Positions 8,728-18,720 are shown, numbered from the stretch's first letter. The stretch: 64,000 nucleotides of DNA from a virus (IMGVR_UViG_3300009168_000007:534-64533); one strand, 5' to 3'. Translations and numbers: made by a program. Notes: a model not told the origin generated them from the sequence alone.

Positions 8728-10395
8728 TTAAAATATCCCCAGTCCTTTCATGGTATCTTCCGCATGCGGATCAAAGTACTCACCGCGCGGATAAAATGTC
8801 ACTGCGATCGAGTCTGAGTAATCTGGCGATCGTCCCAATCGTAACTTAAGGTCTTCCTTCGGCTCGATCTTGATCTTACCATTTGACATTATTTCCCATC
8901 TCATCTCGGTAAGTTCATTTGTCAACTCGTCGATCCTTGGAAGTGCGAGTTGACCGTCGTAAGCAGGGTCGAGATTATCCCGGAGCGCCCATAGGCAATA
9001 TGCTCGCATGTTGGCGAACTCTCGCTCACCGCTAAAATCGTGTAGAAAATGGGCTTCTTCCGAGAACTTAACCGAAATGGCCTTAACCTCTGACGGCAAT
9101 TTCTCAAGATCATCACGTGCTTCTTCTAATGATTCGATCACGCGAGCGTATACCCCCGCGCCCTCGCCGATAGTGTCCACGTATGCTCGACCGCCACCGT
9201 TACGTCCCGCGACCTTAAGACGTGACACGATCCGACCGGCCGTGACCATGTGTCCTTGCTTCGAGTAGACGTCGGGCATACCGACATACATACCGAGACG
9301 TGGAGAAAATACCGTCAAATCATTCCCCATTCCAGCAACATCCACACCCAATTTAAATACTTCCTTGAACTTTTCAATGTTAAGTTTATAACGTTCCTGG
9401 ATAATCTTCGCACCCATCGGATTCTGATTACGCCCGAGTTTATACTCGTTTAAAACCTCTTCCATTTGAGCATAAAGGTCATCCCATCGTCGATTAGCGG
9501 CCTCGATCCACGCGAGAGGCACGAGGGACGAATCATCTTGATCGGGGAACTCACCGATTACCTTAACGAGAAATAGGTTGCTCGGTCGATACCAAGATCC
9601 CTCCCATTGAAAGTCGAAATACTTTTTTGAAACTGATTCTTTTGTGATCTTCTGGGTCCAACCAGTTTTACGAACATGTTCGTCGACCCATACCCAATCG
9701 ACTTGACCGGGAATATCGTCCGTCTTGGAGAGAACGTTCGGCGCGTTCAAGCAATTCAACACAAATTTATTGTATAAAGTCGACTTGAACGCCTGATAGA
9801 ACTCACCTTGCAAACGATTAGGGTTACCGACGAGCAATAATCGTGCGTTGCCGCCGGTGAGTAATCCCTCAATTGCCACGAACGTTTCGTCCTCGACCCC
9901 GGATGCCTCAGTTATAACAACCATGATGTTACGACTGTGAAATCCGGTCCAAGATTCAATGCTTTTATCTGCCGATTTAAACGCTTCGAGGAACCAATTC
10001 GTAACACCTCGAAAGATGACCCTGGTTGACTGCAAGTAGCCTCCAAGAGACCACCCATGCTCCCTGAGTCTGTTATTTGCGTTATTAAATAGCGTACCAA
10101 TTTCAGCCATCATGATCTTCTCGACCTGGCGCTGAGTTGGTGCTGTGTTTATAACCTTGGAGGGACAATTCAAATACAAGAAACAAAGACTGGCTATAGC
10201 CGCGACAAAATCTTTACCGCGGGCATGGCCAGATCTCACAACCGTGCGACGGTTATGCTGAACGGATTCCAAAATATCTTGTTGGTCATTATCCAACTTG
10301 GCGCCGAATATATCTCGGGCAAACTTGCACCAATCTCGTTGGTACGATTCTATTAATTCACGATCTTTATCCGGAATGGTCTCGACTACATGCAT
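8728..10395 (-). CDS. terL: terminase large subunit
   Basis: Walker A-like VRSGHARGKD, TAPT, Walker B-like ITEASG, GNP, nuclease GVDVAGMGND and RSPDYSDS. Confidence 0.95.
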   Translation of the reverse strand: MHVVETIPDKDRELIESYQRDWCKFARDIFGAKLDNDQQDILESVQHNRRTVVRSGHARGKDFVAAIASLCFLYLNCPSKVINTAPTQRQVEKIMMAEIGTLFNNANNRLREHGWSLGGYLQSTRVIFRGVTNWFLEAFKSADKSIESWTGFHSRNIMVVITEASGVEDETFVAIEGLLTGGNARLLLVGNPNRLQGEFYQAFKSTLYNKFVLNCLNAPNVLSKTDDIPGQVDWVWVDEHVRKTGWTQKITKESVSKKYFDFQWEGSWYRPSNLFLVKVIGEFPDQDDSSLVPLAWIEAANRRWDDLYAQMEEVLNEYKLGRNQNPMGAKIIQERYKLNIEKFKEVFKLGVDVAGMGNDLTVFSPRLGMYVGMPDVYSKQGHMVTAGRIVSRLKVAGRNGGGRAYVDTIGEGAGVYARVIESLEEARDDLEKLPSEVKAISVKFSEEAHFLHDFSGEREFANMRAYCLWALRDNLDPAYDGQLALPRIDELTNELTEMRWEIMSNGKIKIEPKEDLKLRLGRSPDYSDSIAVTFYPRGEYFDPHAEDTMKGLGIF

Positions 10396-10482
10396 TGTTA
10401 TAAAGAAAATCCATTTGGATTGTTATCGGCGGACTTTCTTCTTACTGGTGGGTTTCCGTCGGGGAACCTGCTACGTTTACGC

Positions 10483-11088
10483 TTAATCTTCTAATTCGTT
10501 GATGAACGACTCCGAATCGACAACGTTACTTTCTATGTTCATCCCCGCCATCGACGAGATGGTGTCGGCGAGGGATTTCACCGTCATATTTACGTTCGAG
10601 TTTATCTCCGCTCTATCTTTGTATTTTCCAGGAGCGTTTCCCTTGAGTAGAAACATAAGTAAACCGTCACTATATTGTTGTTCACGCCCGCACGGCATAC
10701 CTTGATAATATATGATTCTCGATATGCCCTCGACCGCGCGCCTACGAGCCTCAGATTCCATTAACTCTACTGAGTACTCTCTTGCTTCCTCAACCGCGGC
10801 CTTGAATTCATCGCTCGTCCGCATATATTGATATACCGTGGTTGCCGTAACCCCCGCTACTTTACAGGACATTGTAAAATGCCCCGTTTTAGCAAAATTT
10901 TCTAAAAACTTCCCCTGTTTGTGGTAATCAAAACATTGACGATCGTGATGCTTAGATTTACCACGACATCCGTTTTCCCCCTTCTTAAATTGACCACTCT
11001 CGGTGCGGGACGAATCGACCTGATTCGTTGTACCCTTCGTCGCAACAATCGTGGCTTTTAATTTTTTATTTTTACTTTCCTTCGACAT
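10483..11088 (-). CDS. terS: terminase small subunit
   Basis: SGQFKKG, HTH-like CKVAGVTATTVYQY, EARRRAVEG...YSDGLLMFLLKG..P.KY; upstream of terL. Confidence 0.85.
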   Translation of the reverse strand: MSKESKNKKLKATIVATKGTTNQVDSSRTESGQFKKGENGCRGKSKHHDRQCFDYHKQGKFLENFAKTGHFTMSCKVAGVTATTVYQYMRTSDEFKAAVEEAREYSVELMESEARRRAVEGISRIIYYQGMPCGREQQYSDGLLMFLLKGNAPGKYKDRAEINSNVNMTVKSLADTISSMAGMNIESNVVDSESFINELED

Positions 11089-11089
11089 C

Positions 11090-12700
11090 GTCTTTCCTCT
11101 ACCATATATTGTGTCAATCTAGAGAATAATATACACCATGTTGTAGGAAAAGTAAACCCCATTGTAAAAATATTTTTAAAAATTTTACCACATAGTGATT
11201 TATTTTATTCCCATTTCCGGTCCAGTTTTCCCTATATAATATTGTCCGGACCGTTTTTTGGTTATGTGCATATTCGTTTTCATACCGTTTTCAGGTCATT
11301 TACAAATCATTTTACCCCATAAATTTTAAAAGTTGGCCCATATACATATTGTATATTTAATAGCACTAGCGCCGTCACTTTTTACCATTTTTTGATTGCG
11401 CTGCAACAGTGCGTGTTTTCGTTACATCTGGATTTTGAGTTTTTCTGATACATCCGTGCACTATGAACAAGTGTGCAAGAAAAAACTCAAATTACAATGT
11501 AACAGAGACGGTGCACAAGCGTAAGATATTATAGTAAGTATAATCTCTTACGATTAACTAACATTAAAATATTGTCGTCAACGCCGGTCATATTACAACT
11601 CAATTTTAATTAAAGATGTGTTACATATTTTGGCCCAAAAATAAAATAAAATAAAATGAGACACTTTCAAAAAGTGCTAGAAAGTATACCACGATAAACA
11701 CCGTATGTTACACCCGCATGGCTCCTACATTTGTGCAAACTGTCATTTTTGGCCCCAAACTTACCACAATCATTTCTAATATAAGTACTTGATTTAATTG
11801 AATTTATATTAATTAATCGATATTAACAAGAAACTAGTCCGCCCTCAATTCAAGCAATGATCGTAGCATCGCAATACAAATAAATATTTTCGCCACAGTT
11901 GCGACAAAAAGTTTAAAGCATATTAGCAATAAAATTTAGTCTCTACAAAGAATCTAAGTTTAATCTTTCCAAATAGTTAAGTTATATTTTTGTATTTTTA
12001 TTTTTCTGGCTACAAAGTACCAATTCTCTCCTTAATAGACCTGACTACGCGAGAGTTTTTTTCAATATTTATTAATTTGGTAAATTTAATTTTTCTCACG
12101 TAGCTAGGTTACCGATGGATACAGCTTGTATAATCTATATAAATTATATTAAATAATTAGAATTAAGGACCAACATAAAACCAAAACCACGTTCGAGATA
12201 AAAAATTTAACAACCACATTAAGTTTCTTTGTAAACACCACTTTTTTATCTCGCTACTTTTCCCAACTGGTTCCTTGTACCTTATCCAATCCGAGTCCAA
12301 CCCACAAACCCCAAAAATCTCACAAATTCGACAATCAACCCAACACATTTGTGCCCCCTGGGGCCCTAGGAAAACTACTATCCAACTATTTTCCTCAGTC
12401 ACAACCATGAGCACACTCATTCTTTTTGGTAAATTTTAACCACTTCCAGACCAATTTTCACCCAGATCCCCCGTCCGTCCAAAAACCCACAAAAACCGCC
12501 TCACAACCGTCCGTTCCCCAATTTCCTTTATATATCTATTGTACGGCCAAAACTTACCCCACGAAACTTCGTCCACCGCTCACCATAATTCTCTTGTAAA
12601 CCATGTCGCGCATAATTTTTACCATGTCGTCATAATTTCTGCCATGCCGGTCGCCGAATCCCGCCATGCCGTAAAATTTTTTAAATTATTTTTACCACGG
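11090..12700. other. AT-rich divergent non-coding region (candidate genome terminus/packaging site or origin)
   Basis: No credible ORF; imperfect inverted repeats at 11421-11503 and 12039-12109; strongly G-poor plus strand 12170-12700. Confidence 0.55.
11128..11160 (-). promoter_or_regulatory. sigma70-like promoter for the terminase/late operon
   Basis: Minus strand GGGG-TTTACT-17 nt-TATATT ~40 nt upstream of terS; same G-run/-35 style as the early promoters. Confidence 0.5.
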
Positions 12701-12703
12701 GTA

Positions 12704-12732
12704 TGTACACCGATAAAAATTGAGGCTACAAT
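12704..12732 (+). promoter_or_regulatory. early promoter
   Basis: TGTACA-17 nt-TACAAT; same TGTACA box as the array promoters. Confidence 0.6.
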
Positions 12733-12739
12733 ACCCTAC

Positions 12740-13564
12740 ATGGCAACAACAAAACAGAAAGGTATTGTAAAAAGAAAGATTAAACTAATGAGGACCGATT
12801 ACGCGAAGCCAGGGGAGAGCGGCCGTTTCGATTATCTAATGACCATTCCAACCCACAAACTGCATAAACTTTTTCGCGCCTATTTTACTGGCGATGAGGA
12901 TCCGGGATACTCGGTCATCAACGATTGCGACCACGATCTACTCGCACGTAAAATCATCAACCGCGAAAATAAATATCTTGCGCTCAATAAGGCGCTTCCA
13001 CGTGAAGCGTATGAAAAAATAAATTACTACCTTGTAGAAGGAGACAGAGAAATGAAGAAGAAACGTGCACCCGCTAGCCAGTTACCGTCACCTCAGGAAC
13101 AGTATGAAGAGCAACTCGCCGCCACCGGCAAGAAACCGGCTGCAGGCAAGAAAACCTTCACCAAGCAGGATGCGGAAGCGGCACCTCCCGCTACCGGCAA
13201 GAAACCCGTCGGGAAAAGAGCCGTTGAAACCGACGAGAAACCCGAACGAGGAACCCGTGTCCCGAAAGAGGTTAAGCTTCTTGGAGTCACCGACCCGAAC
13301 GAGGTCCGTCCCGTCCGCGAGGGCACCTTGATGCACCAATTGGTCGAAGCAATGGTCGATGGCGTCACGATCGACGAGGCGGTGGACCTTCTCAACAAGG
13401 AGGGTAAACCGAAAACTCCCGGCGCGATCAAGGCATGGTTCGCCACGATGCGTAAGAACCTTGGTTACGGAGTTGACACGAAGATGGTCTCCGGCGTACC
13501 GACGTTCGTGCTTGTGTTTCCAAAAGGCATGAAGCAAGTTTCCGTAAAAGAAGCGAAGGAATAA
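12740..13564 (+). CDS. putative DNA-binding protein with C-terminal DUF3489-like winged helix; internal in-frame start at 13052
   Basis: ATG 12740 just after promoter; GAAGGAG RBS before ATG 13052; REGTLMHQLVEAMVDGVTIDE...KNLGY resembles DUF3489; Lys/Ala/Pro-rich linker. Confidence 0.6.
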   Translation: MATTKQKGIVKRKIKLMRTDYAKPGESGRFDYLMTIPTHKLHKLFRAYFTGDEDPGYSVINDCDHDLLARKIINRENKYLALNKALPREAYEKINYYLVEGDREMKKKRAPASQLPSPQEQYEEQLAATGKKPAAGKKTFTKQDAEAAPPATGKKPVGKRAVETDEKPERGTRVPKEVKLLGVTDPNEVRPVREGTLMHQLVEAMVDGVTIDEAVDLLNKEGKPKTPGAIKAWFATMRKNLGYGVDTKMVSGVPTFVLVFPKGMKQVSVKEAKE

Positions 13565-13594
13565 AGTTTTCCCCCAACGTGATCCTCCTCGCTG

Positions 13595-13809
13595 CATCAC
13601 GTATCCCGCTCGCGTAATATGTTCATGGTGGAATGTCCACACTCCACTTCGGCGCGAGCGGGACGGTGATGTTACGAATTCGCGAGAGTGGGGCATCCCG
13701 CATCGGTGTGACGGTTCCTAGGTAACCGGCTATTGATCCGGTATGACGACCATGCGTCGATTCGAAGCGGCCCATGGTCGCATGACGATAGTCGCGGGAT
13801 GATCCCCAC
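13595..13809 (+). ncRNA. candidate structured RNA (long hairpin + multi-stem junction)
   Basis: Pairings 13595-13614/13653-13671, 13688-13701/13794-13809, 13712-13716/13724-13728, 13747-13754/13773-13780 in an intergenic gap. Confidence 0.45.
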
Positions 13810-13835
13810 GTATGAAAGAAGAAAGGACCTACCTG

Positions 13836-13952
13836 ATGAGCGAATATGAATTAATCCACGAATGTGTCCTGTTATTTTTTGCGGTAGTGTTTCTTGGAGC
13901 CGCCGGTCTGACGATCCTTACGCTATTATTCTTTCCGCCGAGGAACTACTAA
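13836..13952 (+). CDS. small membrane protein (38 aa)
   Basis: GAAAGGA RBS; MSEYELIHECVLLFFAVVFLGAAGLTILTLLFFPPRNY; TAATG overlap with next gene. Confidence 0.55.
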   Translation: MSEYELIHECVLLFFAVVFLGAAGLTILTLLFFPPRNY

Positions 13953-14785
13953 TGTCGACACTCACCTATTTAAAAACTATAGAGATGACCCGCACGGAAC
14001 CCCTCAGCGAGATTCGTAAATACTTGCTCAAGCCATTCCATAAAGCGATCTGCATGAGACATAGCCTCTACACTCCCGATATGATTAAGGCGATCGCCGC
14101 GTCCCACCGAAACATGTGCCGATATTACACCGATTATCCCCGCATGTTTGCTGAACCGTTCCTGCCCGTCGACCTGACCTACAAATGGAATAAGTGGCTA
14201 GATATTATTGTCACATCCGTGATCGTGGCTCACTTCGGTTGCCGTGTGATCGTGCGTCATGCGGATCGGTCGATCTCACCGGTCGGACCGAACGACTACG
14301 TTCACGTTTGCGCTGAAATTTGTGACATAGTGAATAGATGGGCGTGGACCAAGTATTTTGGTATACTAAAACGCCCCAATCTCGCAAGAGATATCGAGGC
14401 ATGTAGTTCTGATATGAACGAGGTCGCTCGTCATTGGATTATGGAACAATTCACCCGTACCCTCGACAGTACACTCAACGACCATTATACCACGAAATGT
14501 GAAAAAATTCAATATGACGACGGTCTACGTACCTATATGCTACAATTGCTCGACGACCCTGTCGAAACGTTGGAACAACGCCCGTATATCTCTGGTCGTA
14601 TAAATCAATTCTTTGCCGGTCAATACGATTATACGACTAAACTTCCGCCAAAAACTCCAATGGCTATTATAACTAACCGACCAAAAACTAAACATATCCA
14701 AGAGTTGATTAATGCGGGTATGACGAAAGAACAATTGAAAAAAAGATTATCAAAAAATCTAAAAGGAAAGAAAAGAAAGACATAA
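13952..14785 (+). CDS. hypothetical protein
   Basis: Long ORF; start placed at translationally coupled ATG 13952. Confidence 0.7.
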   Translation: MSTLTYLKTIEMTRTEPLSEIRKYLLKPFHKAICMRHSLYTPDMIKAIAASHRNMCRYYTDYPRMFAEPFLPVDLTYKWNKWLDIIVTSVIVAHFGCRVIVRHADRSISPVGPNDYVHVCAEICDIVNRWAWTKYFGILKRPNLARDIEACSSDMNEVARHWIMEQFTRTLDSTLNDHYTTKCEKIQYDDGLRTYMLQLLDDPVETLEQRPYISGRINQFFAGQYDYTTKLPPKTPMAIITNRPKTKHIQELINAGMTKEQLKKRLSKNLKGKKRKT

Positions 14786-14904
14786 AAATACATAAAAATA
14801 CATAAATATTTTGCGCGGGGGGTTTACAGATTCGCGATGGTTGTGTATAATATATGCAAGTAGATCAAATCTAACGTCTTTGGACTTTGGAGAGGAGAAA
14901 CATC

Positions 14905-15579
14905 ATGTCTATGGATTTTGAGGAGCGAACACTACAACGAACCGAGGTTCTACGGAAGTTACAAAAACTTTATGCGATCATGGAAGATACGCGGTCGAAC
15001 GAGGGGATGGTCGAGAATGCCGCCTTGTTGGCGCAACGATTGATGGTAAAATATGATATCGACAAGGTCGAACTCATCGCCCCCGAGGACGATGAGGCGG
15101 TCAATCGGCTTACTAAAATTAAGCCAAAGTGCTGGTATCATAAAGCCTTTGCCGCAATGTTAGCATCTCATTTCCGTTGCGACTCGATCCGTAGTGGAAA
15201 TAAGAACCTGTGGTTGGTCGGTATGGCAAGGGACGTGGAAATATGTGTCAAGGTCTTCGAGTCCGTGACCAAGTGGGCGGAGAGACGCTACTATGTTTTG
15301 TATCGTGGCATGGATCCGTATCAAAAACGTATAGGAGCTCACAACTCGTGGATGAAGGGATTCATCCTTGGTCTCGATCGTAAATATCATGATCAAGTTA
15401 CAAGCCACAAGTGGGAACTCATTCTCGTCAAGGATCCGCGAGTCGATGAGTTGGCTGAATCGATCGCCCCAAAGAAAACAAACGTGGATCATACACGTGC
15501 GCGATCGATGTCGGCGCAGGCGTATCGACAGGGGTTCGAGGAGGGGTATAAGTATGACGGGACGGAGAAACTAACATGA
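14905..15579 (+). CDS. DUF2786-like protein
   Basis: VLRKLQKLYA...NEGMVENAALLAQRLMVKYDI N-terminal motif; C-terminal AYRQGFEEG; GAGGAG RBS. Confidence 0.75.
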   Translation: MSMDFEERTLQRTEVLRKLQKLYAIMEDTRSNEGMVENAALLAQRLMVKYDIDKVELIAPEDDEAVNRLTKIKPKCWYHKAFAAMLASHFRCDSIRSGNKNLWLVGMARDVEICVKVFESVTKWAERRYYVLYRGMDPYQKRIGAHNSWMKGFILGLDRKYHDQVTSHKWELILVKDPRVDELAESIAPKKTNVDHTRARSMSAQAYRQGFEEGYKYDGTEKLT

Positions 15580-15648
15580 ACCGGTCGCGTGAACTTTCTT
15601 GTAGTATCACGTGAGCAGGATACGTGGGGGATGTAAAGTTTTTGATTG

Positions 15649-15742
15649 GATTTTCTACCGGGAACATCCGTGCAATATAAATAGGTTGCAAAAATAATGT
15701 GCAAAAGGTATGTACAATTTCGCAAAACGTGATATAATATAA
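15649..15742 (+). repeat. ~95 bp repeat unit (second copy 16143-16236) combining GGGAACATCCGTGCAA motif and early promoter
   Basis: ATTTTC..CGGGAACATCCGTGCAATA.AAA...AAAAATAATGTGCAAAA..TGTACAATTTCGCAAAAC.TGATATAATATA in both copies. Confidence 0.85.
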
Positions 15743-15790
15743 GTATACTCACGAGCCAAAAGGCTTGTAACGACCAAAAGGAGAACGAAC

Positions 15791-16069
15791 ATGAGCGAGA
15801 TTACAAAAAAGAACCTACTTGAGGCCATAAAGGAAATGGTCAACGACGTATTCACCGGAACATTTAGCACGCGCGAAATTAAGGTAAATTTTGTCGATAC
15901 TTTAACCGGCAATACGGCCAGTAAAATGGCGGTGGAAATGTTGGAGGTGCCGTTCGAACTCATGTGGATTGACGAGTATGATATGGGGGATGATTCTGAC
16001 GTAAGTTTGGCGATCGAAACGTTGGATCATGCGACTTTCGTTCTTCATGTGGAAGAAATAGAAGAGTAG
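15791..16069 (+). CDS. small acidic hypothetical protein (early cassette)
   Basis: Own promoter, AAGGAG RBS, followed by GC hairpin 16077-16129. Confidence 0.75.
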   Translation: MSEITKKNLLEAIKEMVNDVFTGTFSTREIKVNFVDTLTGNTASKMAVEMLEVPFELMWIDEYDMGDDSDVSLAIETLDHATFVLHVEEIEE

Positions 16070-16265
16070 AGTTTATTCCCCCTCCCCAAAATACCGCGAC
16101 GAGGCAACACGAGGCAACTTGGGGAGGGGAAATTTTTTTGTTGAATTTTCCGTCGGGAACATCCGTGCAATACAAAGTATTGTAAAAATAATGTGCAAAA
16201 AGGGGTGTACAATTTCGCAAAACATGATATAATATACTTATCGACAAAACAAAAGGAGAAAGAGC

Positions 16266-16643
16266 ATGAAGAACAGGAATGAGCACGGTGGAGTATTGGT
16301 CATGGTCGCGGTATTGATACCGCTCGTATTCATCCCCATCCTGATGATGGTGTTCGGTTTTGGGATGATTTACGCGTACAAGGGTATGGGCCAGAACGCG
16401 GCGGATGCGGCGGCACTGGCGGGAGCAGGATTACTCGCCGAGAATCTTTACTCCGACGACGGGGCGATCGATTATGCGGTACTAAATGGAATCGACCGCG
16501 CGAACGTGAGCGTCTCATTGTTAGACACGAGCACGATCGAGGTGATTGTCTCGCAGGAGGTTAGTACCCCATTGTTGACCGTGACGGTAAAGAATCGAGC
16601 CGTTGCGACAACAAGAGACGGAAAGATTGCGTTGATTGAATGA
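16266..16643 (+). CDS. TadE/TadG-like pseudopilin
   Basis: Short basic leader MKNRNEHG, hydrophobic helix, then QNAADAAALAGA motif characteristic of Tad/Flp TadG-like proteins. Confidence 0.8.
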   Translation: MKNRNEHGGVLVMVAVLIPLVFIPILMMVFGFGMIYAYKGMGQNAADAAALAGAGLLAENLYSDDGAIDYAVLNGIDRANVSVSLLDTSTIEVIVSQEVSTPLLTVTVKNRAVATTRDGKIALIE

Positions 16644-16656
16644 ACGAACGTGGTAA

Positions 16657-16692
16657 ATTCTCCCCTCCCCAACACCTCGGGGAGGGGAGAAA
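16657..16692 (+). terminator. GC-rich hairpin between cassettes
   Basis: TTCTCCCCTCCCC-loop-GGGGAGGGGAGAA; related hairpins near 16077, 17068, 17314, 17682, 18031, 18731, 20065, 20289, 21018, 21544, 22056. Confidence 0.55.
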
Positions 16693-16806
16693 TCCGCAAA
16701 AATATTTTATCCATTTTGTGCAAAAGGGGTGTACAAAATCGCGAAACGTGATATAATATAAGTATACTCACGAGCATAGAGGCTCGAACGACAAAGGAGA
16801 AAGATC

Positions 16807-17055
16807 ATGCAGGTATCAGCGAGTCAAATGGCGAGAGCAATCAAAAGTTTGATCGAAGGTTTAAACGATGAAAAAATTACGAAGAATGAATTACGGGAAA
16901 AGTTTGCGGAAGAGTTGACCGGTGACAAGGACGCGGTTTCGGTGATCGAGGGGATTAAAATCTATGAACCCAGGGATGATAAAGGATTTTATCCCATGAT
17001 GATCATCGAAATTCATGAGGGCGAAGACGTAAGGTTGGATATGTTTAACGAATAG
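16807..17055 (+). CDS. small acidic hypothetical protein (early cassette)
   Basis: Own promoter and AAGGAGAAAGA RBS. Confidence 0.75.
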   Translation: MQVSASQMARAIKSLIEGLNDEKITKNELREKFAEELTGDKDAVSVIEGIKIYEPRDDKGFYPMMIIEIHEGEDVRLDMFNE

Positions 17056-17109
17056 TTCATTTGAGGACTCTCCCCCGCCATGACGGCGGGGGAGAAAGGA
17101 GAAAGAAAC

Positions 17110-17289
17110 ATGTTGGTAAGAGCGAAAGATGTTCAATGCGGGATGAAGGTCAGATTGCTGACAAAGTTCGAAGTCGTGGTTGCAACGGAACGTGACAAGG
17201 GCAAGATCGCAATTCAAACTGAGGATATCAACAATCATCAGATCACTCGTCGAACATTTGAAGAGAACGAGTTTATCACGCAAGAATAA
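17110..17289 (+). CDS. small beta-barrel-like hypothetical protein
   Basis: AAGGAGAAAGAAAC-ATG; VRAKDVQCGMKV pattern similar to 19805-19990. Confidence 0.65.
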   Translation: MLVRAKDVQCGMKVRLLTKFEVVVATERDKGKIAIQTEDINNHQITRRTFEENEFITQE

Positions 17290-17465
17290 ATACGTATACG
17301 TGCTCGGGGTAGAAATCCTCCCCCGCTGGCTGCACGGGGGAGGATTTGTGTGGCAACAAAAATACAAAAATTATGTGCAAAAGGGGTGTACAATTTCGCG
17401 AAACGTGATATAATATAAATATACTCACGAGCCAAGAGGCTCAAACGACCGAGAGGAGAAAGATC

Positions 17466-17660
17466 ATGATTAGATGCGGTTTTTGCGGGCGAGAGATCGA
17501 TGACGAAATGCTTGATAAAGTTGAGACACCTTTGACGGCTATCATGTACGTTTCTGGCGTAAAAATTCAAGTTCATACCAAGGTCGAGGGCGTGGATCAT
17601 CTTTGTGTCGAATGCTTGCGAAGAGTTGTGAACGACGGATTAGACGACATGTTCGATTAA
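17466..17660 (+). CDS. small zinc-finger protein
   Basis: CGFC...HLCVEC; own promoter and RBS. Confidence 0.75.
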   Translation: MIRCGFCGREIDDEMLDKVETPLTAIMYVSGVKIQVHTKVEGVDHLCVECLRRVVNDGLDDMFD

Positions 17661-17725
17661 CCACGATTAAACAAAAATTTATCACCCCCTGCTCGAAAGG
17701 GTAGGGGGTGAAAGGAGAAAGACTA

Positions 17726-18019
17726 ATGTTAAACGGGATAAAATTCAACACCACCATGCAATCGCAACTGTTAACGTTATGGTACTCGCTCGACACACCG
17801 ATCTACTCGCCGGTGGTCGACGGCATGAGCAACCTGAGCGAAAATCAAGAGTTCCGCCTCGTATCGACCGACGATGATATCTACCTACTCAAATATAATG
17901 GAAAAAAGTCCATCCGCCTGTACCTCCTGAGTGGGGCGATTCTTCGATGTTACGCGGATAAATACTTTTGTGATGAATATTCAATCTGCGCAATCGACGC
18001 TCTCACAAATTCTTTGTAG
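17726..18019 (+). CDS. hypothetical protein
   Basis: AAGGAGAAAGA RBS after hairpin. Confidence 0.65.
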   Translation: MLNGIKFNTTMQSQLLTLWYSLDTPIYSPVVDGMSNLSENQEFRLVSTDDDIYLLKYNGKKSIRLYLLSGAILRCYADKYFCDEYSICAIDALTNSL

Positions 18020-18137
18020 AAAATCCACTACTCTCCCCCTTCGGGTCCGAAGGGGGAGGGTGCACAACTTTGATTTGTAGCTTGCACGGATGTTCTCGGT
18101 AGAAATTTTAACCGTGCCAAGACGTCCAGGAGGTTTT

Positions 18138-18347
18138 ATGAACAAGGTTCATCAGGCAAAATTAATCGTGTTACTTATAAAGTTACAGGAGCGTGAATTG
18201 ACAATCTCACGTTTGTCGACGGATCCGATCGTCGTTGCACGTTCCGAGGCGACGTTGAGAACTGTCGGTTCCATCCTCGACGCAGTTCGCGGCGATTTCA
18301 GTCGTTTGCATGATCTTGCGAGCGGTTATATCCCATACAAGGAATAA
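18138..18347 (+). CDS. hypothetical protein
   Basis: AGGAGG RBS before ATG 18138. Confidence 0.6.
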   Translation: MNKVHQAKLIVLLIKLQERELTISRLSTDPIVVARSEATLRTVGSILDAVRGDFSRLHDLASGYIPYKE

Positions 18348-18399
18348 TCATGCAGGATGAACTCGCGACCAAAAAAATTCAATATGAGAGGAGAAGACC

Positions 18400-18720
18400 A
18401 TGATCACAAAAAATGAGATCGACGAGGTAAGAAAAAAACTTAATAATGCCGTACTTCCGTTGACGGACGAGGAATATACTGACCTGCGGGAAAAGTATAT
18501 CAACCTCATGTATAAAGCATCTGGTTGCTATGAGACGGCGGTCAACAAGATGTTGGACCGTAGGAACGACGGACAAATCCCGTCGGTCGAAGAACAAGAA
18601 GACTTTATGAAACTCATGTGGGCCGCGGACTCATACTACGCGGTATTGATTGGGGCGAAACAGATCGATGAATTGAAGAAATTAAATGATCGTCATGGAC
18701 GACCGATCGAAAAAATATAA
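18400..18720 (+). CDS. hypothetical helical protein
   Basis: GAGGAG RBS. Confidence 0.7.
   Translation: MITKNEIDEVRKKLNNAVLPLTDEEYTDLREKYINLMYKASGCYETAVNKMLDRRNDGQIPSVEEQEDFMKLMWAADSYYAVLIGAKQIDELKKLNDRHGRPIEKI

Noticed and set aside
12163-12420. 85 aa minus-strand ORF in the non-coding gap
   Set aside because: Atypical Trp/Cys/Val composition explained by the local strand skew; left uncalled
13688-13809. tRNA gene (contains TTCGA)
   Set aside because: Too long and lacks cloverleaf arm geometry and an anticodon arm; kept only as a generic structured RNA
13823-13872. CTGATGAG...CGAA as a hammerhead ribozyme core
   Set aside because: No pairable stem II and no GAAA; better explained as RBS plus start of the 38 aa membrane ORF at 13836
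18082-18096. TTGCACGGATGTTC as a sigma54 promoter
   Set aside because: Spacing resembles TGGCACG-N4-TTGC but both invariant dinucleotides (GG at -24, GC at -12) are missing
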